DNA of 64,000 bases from Syncephalis fuscata S228 (Eukaryota > Fungi > Zoopagomycota): assembly GCA_025786725.1 (NCBI GenBank), contig JAHLTZ010000003.1, positions 558,001 to 622,000 of the forward strand, written 5' to 3'. This document shows positions 1 through 13,986 of the stretch, piece by piece. The translations under genes and the position numbers were made by a program. The notes under the pieces were generated by a model. The model ran no database searches and was not told the DNA's origin. It was given only the letters and a program-made list of their open reading frames with translations. Positions within the stretch are counted from its first letter, which is position 1, and each line of letters opens with the position of its first letter.

Positions 1-143
1 ACATACATAACTGTGTAACCATTATACTGTAAATAGAATAAAACAGCTCACAACCATGCATTGCCTTTGTTTTTCACTTACATCTATTGCTGTCTATTCT
101 TTTTATGTCGTATCAATTTTAGTACAGTCATTTCTGGTCAGCT

Positions 144-1904
144 ATGCCTTTAAACGTTCATAGTAAACGTTTGTGGCAAAATTGTGATACTTTACCGTAT
201 TTGTGTTAGTTTATGGAAGGACAAGAACTGATACTCTTTGCCAGTAGCTGCCGAATTATTTATTGAACAATAGTTGATTGTCCTGTTTATTAGGAACGAC
301 AATATAGACAAACATTTTGCTTAGGCAATCAACGTGAACAAGAATGGCTTACATGGTATAAGTGGTACATCAGTACTACAACAAAATCAAAAGAATCTAC
401 ACCTAGGTAAATCAAACAAAACAAGAACATTTATCATCTACTATTGCAATCATTGATAATAGCGACAATGAATTTATACTATTTGCCAATGATTTATCAC
501 CAAACCTTAATTTAATAGTACTCAATGGTTTTATGCTTATTATCAGCGTCGACAGACTAATCTTGGCTTTATGTCGGGTCAATTTAAAAAAAACAAATGT
601 GCCGACTGCCAGTTAATGACAACGCTCAGTTAAGGCTAATTGACGTGAATCCGTGGTATGCTTTAGTATGGAACAAACGAAATTCAAAATTTTGATCAAT
701 TCATTAAAAATGAAAACGAAACTTTTGATATTGTGGATGACTATCCTATTTTTTCTTGAAGCGGTAAAGCTTCAAGTAAGCAGGAAAATCATAATAAGAA
801 AGCTATTGTAGTTTGGGCTAATGCTGGCTATTCATCTTCTTGTTTTATTTTTCTCAAATGCAAAAAGAAAGGCGAGCAAGAGCCTGTAAAGCCTAGATTA
901 GTTGCTATTCATAATCATTTTATGCTTTTACGAACTATATTTAGTCAAAAGCCATACTGGAAATACGATTTATTTGATTTGGAGCAGCATCGATGGATAG
1001 AAGGCCTAAAATTACACCAGTATAATTCTTGCTCTAATATCCAGCTTGCTTCTTATAGCCAGTGTCAATTGGTGGCATGAACAATAATACGAAACTTTGT
1101 AAAAGATGTCAATAATTCTACTGCTACTGCTACTCAAGATTCGCAAGATTTTGATAGTGGCAATCAATTAAAGCAAATACAATGGGAGCTATTTGATGTT
1201 AAAAAAATTAATCACAATGCAAAAATATATTATCTAACCAGGTCAGCATTCCATATCACGCAGGCACTATCATCAAATCCGATATGTACACAAGCAAAGT
1301 GTGCCTAGTCACTGTATTTGATGCAGATGATTTGTCAAATTACTGCTACTATGAAGAATTTAGCGCCTCATTGTTTCTATTTGCGTGGAGTGATTTTTCA
1401 TCAAAAGATTCACTAAAATTGCTATTTGACGCTAGTGATTCTGTTCAACCGCTTCCAATCAGTAGATCTGATCAAGGACGTATATTATGGAGCCGAAATA
1501 TACGTAGTGATGTTATTACAAAAATATACAGTGAAAAGCTAACTGTTGTTCAAAACATTGGAATATTTGACGTGCTTGATGCACGAAATGAAAGTTTATT
1601 ATGTTCAATTGCTTTTCCATTTTACAAAAGATTTATACCTTTTATTGGACCTTTATGCTCAATGATTGATGGAGAAAAAGGGCAGAGCTGGTTTGTTGAT
1701 ATGCGTACTGGCTGTACCTACAATCCGCCAGTTTGTCTTACTACCCACCAAACTGGAGGTTATAATAAAACTCAATCTTTAGGCGTTGTCCGAACAACAC
1801 ATTTACCACCACCAGGTCAATATATGAAAGGTAAACTGTCCAGTTATCTGGTATCAAGTCCCTTTATTGGTCGGATTGACGCGAGCAGCAATGGTATTTA
1901 TTAA
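144..1904 (+). pseudogene. Degenerate F-box-like protein gene (lineage-specific family)
   Basis: Reading from ATG 144 gives MPLNVHSKRLWQNCDTLPYLC*FMEGQELILFASSCRIIY*TIVDCPVY*ERQYRQTF, an F-box-like pattern with in-frame stops at 207, 264 and 291. A downstream segment reads QWFYAYYQRRQTNLGFMSG (~523). The 3' part stays open as ORF 1284-1904. Confidence 0.5.
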
Positions 1905-2058
1905 GCATATATGTTTTAAATAAAGGTTTTAGTTAAAAACTTTTGAAATAAATAGCTTAAATACTAACTACTTGAATGCTTAGTTTTTTGTAATAAATTA
2001 TAAGCATATATAAAGCGTAAAATGTGATTTAAAAAAATCAGCTATTAAACATTAGAAA

Positions 2059-2797
2059 CTACTGTACTTTGACACTCACATTTTTATTTACTCATTTCAC
2101 CCCTTAACACTTTTAAATACAACTAAACACCAATCAATTACTATACCATGTACAATATTACATCCAACACTAATCAATTCATGCGTAATTATCAATACAA
2201 TAATGTAATTAAATATGCACATTACGGTATTAGTTGAAGTTGAAATAACATTTAATAAAATAAAGGCTTTTTACACTGAATTGTTAAATATCTTTGTTAA
2301 ATGGTCCACAAGTATAAAAAGAATAAAATAATTGCGATTATTAAATATAATTATTATAATATGCAAGTGTGGTTCAAGTAAACAGAAACAAAATAGAAAA
2401 GAAATAGACTATATAACAGTTTGATGCGCAGTATGACAAACAAGCAACAGAAGTGATGAAGAACAACATGGAATCGCGATTATATGGCTTCTATTGATAT
2501 TCTATCAATCTTTCTACACATTGCCAATAATAATAATTGGTCTCAAATATTTTAAAAAAATTAAACAGTATGTCACATTATTTATTCAAGTGTTTAAAAT
2601 ATCATCTACTGATACAACGTTTCGCTACAATCAATTCTATTTTATGGAAATGATAGTGTTATTACATTTATTAATGTTTATTGTAAATGATCATTTAAAC
2701 ACAAATTAATTCAATCAACTCGTCAACTAATTAAATCGTTACTAGTGATTGCGTAAAATGAATTGCTGCTTTGGAAAGGGGGTGTTAAAGTAAATGT
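2059..2797 (+). mobile_element. MITE-like element family B, copy 1 (~740 bp, short imperfect TIRs)
   Basis: The left end TACTGTACTTTGACACTC is imperfectly inverted at the right end (GGGTGTTAAAGTAAAT, ~2780-2795). The body matches 61330-61875 in reverse complement and ~7660-8375 in direct orientation. No transposase. Confidence 0.65.
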
Positions 2798-3249
2798 TGA
2801 CCAAAGGGTCATTACTATTGTAATAATATCATTGACTAGTCAAACTATTCACTGTTTCCCTTTATCATAGTTGCTTATGCGCAATAATTATTTAATAATG
2901 ATAATCAGAGTGGTCAGCTCATTACTAATGACTCAAAGTGATTTCAAACTAAGCATGAGAACTAGATTCACCGAAATCCCATTCGGAGTAAAAATGATTG
3001 GAAAGCAGCTTTGTCAAAAAAAGCCGTCCTACACATCTTTCGTCTCCTTTTCAACTTTACTCCTCATTCAACGTTTTGACAAACACAACGTAGCTTCGTT
3101 GTTCTGGGTCTGGTCGTGGCCGTTCTTTTTCCTGTTTCCTATTGTTGCCCAATTACTGCGCACTAGTCATAAGCGCTATCTATCCACATACTTTATTGTG
3201 GCAGCTAAAGCTACTGCACTTCTTACACTTGTTTCTACGTCTTTTCACT

Positions 3250-4281
<1,032 letters not shown>

Positions 4282-4343
4282 TTGCTTTCAATAAATATGT
4301 GATTAATAATAAAAATTTATATCTATTAGTGCGTTTTATCCGT

Positions 4344-5394
4344 CTATTGACGTTTAAATTGTAAAGGAATAGCCAATTTACGAAAAGTGCCATGTCGAAG
4401 TGCTATATAATTAAATAAATCACCATTTATCGTTAATTACTGTTTTATGCATTAATATCACATTATTATCTACGTACCATCTCCTCGTGCAACTCGTTTG
4501 CCATGAAGGACACGCTTCTTGAACTTGACAGCCGAACTATCGATGGGTTTTGACAGTTTGGGTGTTTGTTTTAGTACAGTTACTTGGATGCCTCTATAGT
4601 TGATATTATGTTAGTGATTATTATATACATTCATAATAATTAGCATCCTACGCTTTACTAATTAAAATGCCATCATCTCTAGCTCTCTTTTGCCGTCCTA
4701 TATCACCCTGTGATCGTCGTGTGCCACGTGCCCAGTCCATTTGATGATTCGCTGACTGCGATATACCTCCAGGAAGCGCAAGACTATAACCGTCCATTTC
4801 TTCGTCTTCGTCTTCGTCTTCCGAGTTAAACTGCCTATGCGCACCATGCTGTTTTTGCGCATCACTTTGCAAAGCCTGTTGTTGTCTATGTTGAATTAGT
4901 AAGTTAGTATTACATTGTTATAGTTATTAAATCACTAATAACTTACTGTTCTTTTTCTTCATCTAATTGTGCAATATTTTCAAGTAAATCAGCAGGAAGT
5001 GCCCGTTGATTTACTGTCACTTTCTGCACGCGTTCATCGCGCTCTTTACGCTGTGATTTTAGACGAGTATCGACATCACGGCGTTTTTTACGTAATTCAG
5101 CTGCTTTTCTATTTTAAAATTAATCATACAAGATATGCGTTAGCTATATGATGTGTCTACAATCGTTATAACATACTCGTCAATAGCAGTTTGTGCTTGA
5201 CGGGCTGCTGTCTTCACTTGCTGTCTACTTGTCGCAAGTGACACGGCTTCAGGCGCCTCGTCGTCGGAATCGTCTGTTAGAGACGCAGATACCACCTCTT
5301 TCGACTTCTTCTCAGTTGAAGATACAGCCCAGTTTTCGGCTTTTGACTTTTTATTCATACTCGCTCGAGTGCGCATTGGACTAATCGTCGACAT
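4344..5394 (-). CDS. Small nucleolar U3 snoRNP-associated (Bud21/Utp16-like) protein, spliced
   Basis: The N-terminal SDDEAPEAVSL motif is followed by a K/R-rich coil. C-terminal exons read FKKRVLHGKRVAR and LRHGTFRKLAIPLQFKRQ*. Family assignment rests on motif recall only. Confidence 0.55.
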
Positions 5395-5541
5395 TTTGTA
5401 ATAGAAAAAAGACTGAAAAAGAAAAAAACGACAATTAATTTAATTAAAAAACTATTTACACTTATAGCCACTTGGCTTGCGTACACATCACATACCATTC
5501 TACGATCTTTTGTACTTACTACTAGCACCATACAACATACA

Positions 5542-7458
5542 ATGTCTAATCCCAGCCTCGAGAAAGACGATCCTTCTTCCGATCAACCTACAGATGTCAT
5601 GAATATGGATGAGGATGCCGTAGGCGATGATAGTAAAGGAGATGCTGAAGTTGATGAATCTATAATTTTGCCTGCAGCCACAGACACGTCTATAGATCAT
5701 ACTATGCTGACCGAAGATCCACCAGGTGGCCTATCATCGCCAGAAAGAGCGTACACACCAAATTCATCACGAGCAATTGACGATGCCATCGATCCGGCAA
5801 CACCAGCCGAAGTGTTTACGCCTCCGGCACACGCACTTATCTCTACAGCCACTTCCTTATCTTCCTCCGTGGCAGTCACTGCTTCTTTGATGATGCTCGA
5901 CAGTGCCAATAGTAGTTTACCAAGCACACCAGGCGCTATGGAAGCTGTAACGATTGAGGATATTGTCGTTGGATGCAAGGCATTTGTTCATCTATCTAGC
6001 GAACAGAAAGCCGCCGGTGAAATGGTAGATCGTAAAGCGGAAATTCTATCAATTCGTCCTTCAATGTCCAAGCCAGGTAGCGGTGCTATGGACTACTACG
6101 TTCATTATATTAATTTTAATAAACGTCTTGACGAATGGATCACCGACGAACGATTGGATCTTACGCAAAGAGTTGAATTTCCACGAAGTCGCCGTGGTAA
6201 AATTGAAGGAGCCACTGGTGGCAAGATGGCCAATGGCAAAGAGACAACGGAAAAAGCTAAGCGTGGAAAGAAAGCTACTGGCCGATCTCGCACTGCCACG
6301 AAAAGCAGAATAGGAAAGCGTACGGCAAAGAATAGCAAGGATATTGATGCTGGTACGCCAACACCCATGTCTCGTATTCGGTCGATGGATACATTGCCAG
6401 ACACACCCACACCCGGCGCCCGTTGGAAATCATCTAAAGACACCGATACGATCATGAACGAGGCAGAAGAGGACGATGCAGCATTTACTGAGGCGGATGC
6501 CAAGGAGATGGCGAACGGTGATGAGGAGCCTGAAATATTTTCAAAGGAAACAGAGCTAGAACGACTTCGACACGGCGGGTCAATGACACAGTCTATCACG
6601 GAAATTGCCCGTGTACGCAACATCAATCGGATTCGTATGGGCCGGCATGAAGTCGATACGTGGTATTTTTCACCATACCCACAAGAGCTTACATCACAGG
6701 ATACTGTTCATTTGTGCGAATTTTGTTTATCACCATTTGACAGCGAGTTCCAGCTAGTGCGCCATAGTAAACGGTGTAAACTGCAACATCCACCAGGCAA
6801 TGAAATCTATCGTCATGAAGATATTAGCTTTTTTGAAATTGATGGCCGACGTCAGCGTACTTATTGTCGCAATCTTTGTTTGTTAAGCAAGCTATTTCTT
6901 GATCACAAAACACTCTACTATGATGTAGATCCATTTTTGTTTTATGTTATGTGCCTAACAGATGCCCATGGTGCTCATATTATTGGCTACTTTAGCAAAG
7001 AAAAAGATTCAGCCGAAAATTACAACCTGGCGTGTATTCTTACTCTACCTCAATATCAACGGAAAGGCTATGGACGTGTACTTATTGCCTTTTCCTATGA
7101 GCTAAGCAAAGTGGAAGGAAAACTTGGCAGTCCAGAAAAGCCGTTATCAGATCTTGGCCTACTTTCCTATCGTGCTTACTGGACTGAGGCTATTGTAGAA
7201 CGTTTAATTCGGTTTCGAGGCGATGTCACAGTAGAGGAAATAGCCAATTCAACGGCCATTACACCACAAGACGTAATGCATACGCTACAAAGCATTGATG
7301 CGCTCAAGTATTATAAGGGCCAGCACATTATCTGTCTAAGTAATAAGGTTGTGGACGCGTATCGTCGAGCCGAGCAAAAGAAGCGGCGATGTATTCATCC
7401 GGAATTACTCGATTGGAAACCACCTATTTTTACTCCGGCCCAGTTACGTTTTGTCTAA
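5542..7458 (+). CDS. ESA1: MYST histone acetyltransferase (NuA4 catalytic subunit), intronless
   Basis: Knotted-Tudor/chromo motif YYVHYINFNKRLDEWI; MYST motifs WYFSPYP, CEFC, LFLDHKTLYYDV, QRKGYG and GSPEKPLSDLG. Confidence 0.96.
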   Translation: MSNPSLEKDDPSSDQPTDVMNMDEDAVGDDSKGDAEVDESIILPAATDTSIDHTMLTEDPPGGLSSPERAYTPNSSRAIDDAIDPATPAEVFTPPAHALISTATSLSSSVAVTASLMMLDSANSSLPSTPGAMEAVTIEDIVVGCKAFVHLSSEQKAAGEMVDRKAEILSIRPSMSKPGSGAMDYYVHYINFNKRLDEWITDERLDLTQRVEFPRSRRGKIEGATGGKMANGKETTEKAKRGKKATGRSRTATKSRIGKRTAKNSKDIDAGTPTPMSRIRSMDTLPDTPTPGARWKSSKDTDTIMNEAEEDDAAFTEADAKEMANGDEEPEIFSKETELERLRHGGSMTQSITEIARVRNINRIRMGRHEVDTWYFSPYPQELTSQDTVHLCEFCLSPFDSEFQLVRHSKRCKLQHPPGNEIYRHEDISFFEIDGRRQRTYCRNLCLLSKLFLDHKTLYYDVDPFLFYVMCLTDAHGAHIIGYFSKEKDSAENYNLACILTLPQYQRKGYGRVLIAFSYELSKVEGKLGSPEKPLSDLGLLSYRAYWTEAIVERLIRFRGDVTVEEIANSTAITPQDVMHTLQSIDALKYYKGQHIICLSNKVVDAYRRAEQKKRRCIHPELLDWKPPIFTPAQLRFV

Positions 7459-7659
7459 GACATTTTACTTTTACTTTGTAACTATAAAAACCATGATATT
7501 AATTAAATAAAAGTAAACTACCATTAGTTGGTTAATCATACTATTATTAATTATATTACACAATTATAAATAATTACTATTAACTTTAATAGATAAATGA
7601 TAAACAATTACTACATGGTTAATAATTTATTTAAGCTAAAGAAGTTATTTTGCTTTTAT

Positions 7660-8375
7660 ATCTTTTATTTGCTCATTTTATCATTTTCTTGATACTTTTA
7701 AATATAATTAAACACTTATTCATCATTATTCCATGTATAATATTACATCCAACATTAATTAATTTATATGTAATTATCAATACAATAATTTAATCAATTA
7801 ATTATCTTTATTATTGCTTTAATATATATATTGTCATTATGATATTAGTTGTTCAAAATGCCATTTATTTAGTCAGATTGGCTATAGGAAAAGTGGTTGT
7901 TTAATAAACAGCTTTATAATAATTATATTAATATTAATCTTACAGCACAAATATGCTTAAAATACAATAGTAGAATATTAGAAAATAGAAAAGATCATTC
8001 AGATGCAATAATGCACACTGTACATAGATGCAACAACACATGCAGAATGATATAAAATTGCCATCATACGGCTTCTATTAATATTCAATTAATCTTTCTA
8101 CACATGGCCAACAATAATAATAATCGGCCTTAAATGTTTAAAAGAAACCATATATTATGTTACATTGTTTATTTAAATGTATAATATTATTACTAATACA
8201 ATGTTCTGTTATATTTAATTAATTCTATTTTATGAAAATGATAAGGAATACGAATATTATGTAAATATTTATTGTAAATAATAATTTAAATACAAATCAA
8301 TCTAACTAAATTATTACAATTAATTGCGTAAAATAATTTATTGCACTGAAGTAGAAAACGCAAAGTAAATGTTAA
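7660..8375 (+). mobile_element. MITE-like family B, diverged copy 2
   Basis: Shares blocks with 2059-2797, e.g. CATCCAACA..AATTATCAATACAATAAT, GGCTTCTATT.ATATTC..TCTTTCTACACAT.GCCAA and TTGCGTAAAAT. Boundaries approximate. Confidence 0.55.
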
Positions 8376-8461
8376 CATCAAGCTAAATAATTATCGATTA
8401 ATTACAGCAAAGATATATATTTATTGCAATTATTAACAGTTGTACGAATTGATGCTATTTC

Positions 8462-10210
8462 TTAAACGCCTATTAATATACCGCCAAAATGTACAACGGT
8501 ATAGCTGATAGCAGAAAATGCTATAGAGAATAAAAGTGAAGCGGTATTGGTGGATGCAGAGCTAGCCTTTTTTGAAGGTCCACTTGGAGGTCTATTTGGA
8601 TCGACTTGTGCACTGCGTAAGACATTCTGGCAAGAAGCTTCGGTTTTTTTAGGTGTAGCAAGTTTTGCGGTACCTGCAAAACTGCAAGAATTACCATCTT
8701 TCTTGCTCTTTCCATAGGCGGCGTTGTAGGCCCAGGAAAGTCGCTCAACAGCCGAGCAGCCGCTATACTTGCCGTATTGGCCAGACTTGGTATTATGGCT
8801 AATATCGCTACAGTCAATCTGGCCACAAATTGTTGCTAATGATTTTCCCGCAGTCATATTAATTTGTTCTGGAGAAGAGCCTAGAGCATGTTCTTCAACG
8901 TGGCATGTAAGTGTATCAATCATACATTTGCATGCTTCTTCAGATGGTGTCGATGGTAGTTCGCCGCTAGAATGCCAGCTGGCCGTTGTTGCTGGACACT
9001 GCGATGCTTCACGCCTATCCTTTAGTGCGTTCATTTTTATTCCCTATAACAATTAAACATTAGCAATGGTTCAAAACATTGGCTTTTTGTGAAATAAATG
9101 AAGCGTAACTTACCACTGGCCTTACAGCGGCATAAGCCGATTTCAAATTGTGAAAATCTTGCATCTTGGCCACCTGTTTTTCATTGACAATTTGAACTAA
9201 ACCACAATTGTTTTCCTCGTTGCTAAATTCGTAGGCAATGCCGCCGGAAAGAACATCCGACATTTGCGGACCAAATATGGCTTCCACCTTGGCAATGTTA
9301 GTCAATATGAGATATAATAAATGATGCCAAACTTACTTCACCGAACGTTCGAGGCATCGACAAATTGCATCCAAACTCTGTAAGGAAGATGGGAATGCTA
9401 TATTGTTGAAACTCTTCGTGACGATCTTTATAACCAGATGTTTCAAAGGTCGCTTTGGTGCCGCACCATTCGTATAGGTTGACGCCGTAGAAATCGGCCC
9501 GTTCTCCTGGTGCACCGCAGTTAAAGTAGTTTAGTAGTTCCATCCGAATTGTCGGATCGTCGTTTGAAGCATAGCCGACGGGCAATGTATGTCCACCCGG
9601 ACTTTTTTGATAAATGTAATTTTTAATATCACGAAGTGTAGCTTTTACAAATGCCGATGCACTTGTTGTATTAACTTCATTGCTGACTTCATTGCCAGCA
9701 ATAAAACCAAGCATGTTATTATATTTTAAAAACGCGTCGGCAGTTTTCTTGTAATGCTGTAACAGTGTATAATCATAGGTTGGTTCAGCTCGGTTGATAC
9801 TTTGTTTCGGAGTTGGGAGATCTAGTAACAAATAGATACCGGCATCAGCTAACATTTTCATGCAAGCGTCATGATTAGCTTCGTTATCGACCTATTAGTC
9901 GGTTATTAGCACTGCTATTTGTATTATGGACTTTAATATTTACCTGATAGACTCGAATAGTATTAATGTTTAGTTCTTTAAGAGCAGGAACATCTCGCCG
10001 GCAGCCCGCCTCGTTTGCCAGTGGATCGCTAATTTGAGCGTTTCCACGAGGCTGGTAGGCTACACCTTTGACAAAAAATTCATCCTTTGTCACATCGTCA
10101 AACATTCTATGCCCCTTGATGACAATTGGATTAAGTGCATTGATGCCATCTATTGCAGTGACCAGCAAGAGTCCAAGCAACAGCAGCAATAGTGTCAATG
10201 GTTGGCGCAT
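8462..10210 (-). CDS. GAS1: GH72 beta-1,3-glucanosyltransferase with X8/Cys-box domain and GPI signal (Gas/Gel family), 4 exons
   Basis: Signal peptide MRQPLTLLLLLLGLLLV; motifs KGVAYQP, FIAGNEV, NLYEWCG and FLTEFGC; Cys-box YGKYSGCSAVERLSWAYN; Ser-rich region followed by a hydrophobic C-terminus. An upstream in-frame ATG exists at 10264. Confidence 0.93.
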
Positions 10211-12785
10211 TGCCTGACGAAGACCAAAAGGAGTGTCGCGGTATTTTGAATTTAATGAATACATTTTTTGGATTAGACTTCAATCGACATTGAACCCTTG
10301 GATAGCGTGCCTGGTAAAAATTATAATAACAGAAATTGAATTAACAAGTACGGAGAGAAGCAAATGCTTGTGCTTGGTTAAAGTAACAATAATGGCGCTT
10401 TAGTTGTTGGATAGACGCATAACCACAACAAAAAATCATCTCCTTAAATATCAGCACATCCAGCATAAGAGAGACGCTGAGTGCGATTTTTGTTTCGCGC
10501 AAGTGGATCAACTCAGCGACACGGCTGTGTTTTACTGAGAGACAAATGCTTAAGTAGTTTGTAGATACGTAGTTTATTTAGAACCATTTGTCGACCTTAG
10601 TCAGTAATGGTTATGTGTTTGCAGTGCTTTACAAAATAAACACAGTTATTGTATATTGCAGTATCTTTGTTTATTTTCAAATTTGCAATTATTCCTACTG
10701 CACTTTAGCAACCCGATCTTCAAGAAATAAACAATTTTAAATCATATTGGAAGCAATAAATATTTAATTAAGTCCGTTATACTATCAAGATAAAAATAAA
10801 TTGATATAATATGTTTTTAATTTCGTATCAATTAAACACACTACGTTTAGAATCCGTGAAATTTATTATTTGTCTAACAAAATTATCCTTTTCTAAAAAA
10901 TACAACAAATTACATACCACTATAAACTACGTCATAGTAAATAATAGTGGTAAGTTGTTATAACACGCCATGTAAATAAATGGAACTTGAATGACATGAT
11001 TACTTTTGAATATATTGTATTGAGCGTCGTTACCAACTTGCACTTAATAATAAACATTGTTACCAAGCAAGTCTGGCTTATCATATCGCTATTTTACGAA
11101 TTGGATATTAACCAAGTTATTTAGATCGTTATCGCAATAATTCGACTAAAATACATTTTATAAAAACAGTTGCTATTATCATCACAAATAAATTATAATT
11201 TGACACAATTTAATGATCTTTGCATAGCAATTAATTCAATACTTGCTAGTTCAATAGGTATATATATATATATATATACTTTGCTACATTTACCACTAAT
11301 CTTTGTACAGTAATACCATTAGCCGTATTGACCAATTGTATAAAACTGCCTCCTTTTCTTTAACCTTGCCCCGGCAACCATACCAGCCACTCCTTGCATT
11401 TTAAACGGATTTGTTATTTTTTCCTTCCTTTAGACAAAAAATCGAGGCGACGTGTTTACACGTTGTGAAGGTATCACCCATCAACCAACACTATTGTTGC
11501 AACATTGCGTTTTTGCATGGGCTTTAAGGTTTGCATAATTTGAATCATCCGTATTTTCTGCAACATCTCGCGGTCTGTAAATTTACTACTGCTTGGTGGA
11601 TCACCTTTTTTCGTACTTTCGCTTAAACTTATCATTTCATTATTGCTGTTCGTTCATGTAAGTGTACACATTCTATTTAAAAGTCTTCTACTCCCATACT
11701 AATCGGAGGATAAATGATAGCCCCACTCATAGTCAATCGCGCACTTCTTATCTCAAAGGTAACTACCATTTTAAGTAATTGTGGTCAACTCCGTTCATCC
11801 ACATTCCCACTATCTTAATAGCTATTATTGTCTCATTATCGGCATTGATAGCGCTTTTCACGCTCGTTTAACATTTCCTTATACTGATATTGGCGCACTT
11901 TTAATTGCCAAAAATAGTGGCCAATACACAAGCAATTTCGCTTTGGCAAGCTATTCTTATACGTGTTCACTTGGGATTTGCCATTTTTATCACTTAACTT
12001 GTCATCTACACCTCGTTTACAAACACTATCTTTCTAGTTGTTATTCTTCACTTTGCACGCTTGCTCGTATATTTCTTTCTATTCCTATTCCATATTTCTT
12101 CGTTGCTGTGCAGCAGCCTTTTGCGTCGATATTATCGCGGTACACACAATTACACCTCTGTCGCATTAACAAACATCCATCACTAGTCTATTTGCAGAGT
12201 TACATCAAGCACTGCTTGGCCTTTCTTTTAATATCGCTCTATTGTCTAAAAATAACCGTTTATCATTAATACCGGCCTATTGGCACTGGACTGTTTACAC
12301 ACTGATGTGCTGTATGTTAGTTAGACACAAGGCTTTTATTAGGTAGGTAGATAAATCAAACAATCTGCGTATCAAATGAATAGGGCAACTCGCGAACACA
12401 CCTTTGTTCTTTGTTGTATATATTGACAAGGCAACTCATAATCGTCTTAAAAAGAACGACTATAATAATAAGACAACAACGGCTACCGTCTAGATTCCTC
12501 CCTTTAAATATTTCTTTCTTCTAGCAACTCATTGACCATTGCATTAACTTCATACTTTGCGAATGCATCTGCTAGTTCGTGTAGCTTACTCGTTCCGGAC
12601 GCATAAGCTATAAATATCGTGTCGAGTCTATACCCGTTTTTATTTATTATCCGGCCTTTTTATTATTTTGATTTGGCCTTGATTTTGTTATTAACATCCA
12701 TTTCAAGACGATTTGCCATTTGATCTGGGACCGTTAACCGACTCCTTTTCTACGTTTTTATGTATGTATTCGTGTGTTTGTGTGT

Positions 12786-12830
12786 AATTGTGTGTGTGTG
12801 TATATAATTGCATTTGTGTGTGTGTGTGTG
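12786..12830 (+). repeat. (TG)n microsatellite cluster in the FKS1 upstream region
   Basis: Seen directly. Confidence 0.8.
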
Positions 12831-13986
12831 TTGTCATAGTCGTCTATAGCTATTTACTAGCTTTTACTTAACCTTTCTAACATCTGGATAAGCCAACACT
12901 AACCATTATTACTATTGCTGCTCGTATAGTATACTCTAGCAAGAACGATTAGCATCCCCTGCATTGTTATCATCATGTAAGTAGTCATGGTACACCAATA
13001 AGATCTAGAACGTTGATGGCCGTGCCGTTTGTACGAGCCATCCTGTTATTGCTATCTGTAACCACCTAGTTATCTTCTATGTTATTTATAAGTGAGCTCA
13101 ATGATTGGGCCAATATTGTTAACTGCACGTGCTTCTGCCCTATGGTATTTCGTATTATTGATAACTGGCCATTACTGGTTTTTATTACTGCCTTACACAG
13201 CAGAGGGCTGGCATTATCATTTATGAATAGGATAGATGAGTAGACTGTGCCCTATCATCATCCTTTCCTTTTTATTTTCCATTGTGTTGTTGTTGTGGAT
13301 AAGTGAGCAATCCGTTGTAAGCCACTTTGTAGGTGAATTTTCTCCCTGCAGCACTGTTTCACATCGCTATTTCATAGCTTCACCTTTTAAACTTGAAAGA
13401 TAGCGATTGTTAAGCAGGTCTCTTTTACTTCCATACGACCTCTCCTTTTTTCTATATACGCAGTCTTTCTACGCAGCAATTATTACTATTAGTCTGCCCT
13501 CGTATATCTATAATTACAGCACTACGGTTGGAATTAATACTTTACCCCTTAATATTTGTGCTGCTTATGTTCGACAGCTATTTACTAGCAACGTATAACA
13601 ATACTCAACGATAGCAAATAATTGCCAAGAATATTACGACGCTAATACAAACTCGACAGCAATAGCCGTAGCTGCAACAATAGTAACACTTGAATACACT
13701 GTACTTGAACGCTTTTAGCGCTCTGGCCTTCTCTCTTATTAATTTTTTCTCTTTTTGTTAGCGCCCACCTTATATTTTTTTATTTATAGTATTAGTGATT
13801 GCATTCGCTATTTATTTTTGCAATTCATCTTTTATTGTCTGTCGGGAACAGTCGATACTACAAGTTCATGCTAACGACATTTTATCAGTGTTGGTAAATA
13901 GAAACTACTTTACTATTTGGCCTTTTATTTTCGTCAATTGCTAGTTATTCCCACTATTTATTTATACACAATTTATAGTAAATAAG

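Noticed and set aside
207-293. Stop-codon reassignment or A-to-I editing as an explanation for the in-frame stops
   Set aside because: The stops are of mixed types replacing different probable residues, and other genes in the window terminate normally at TAA or TAG.
6105-6626. Antisense and alternative-frame ORFs within ESA1, FKS1, the tyrosinases and PRB1
   Set aside because: These are shadow ORFs of well-supported genes with no independent evidence.
11781-12269. 162-aa ORF upstream of FKS1
   Set aside because: GTG start, composition typical of T-rich non-coding or intronic DNA, and no motifs.
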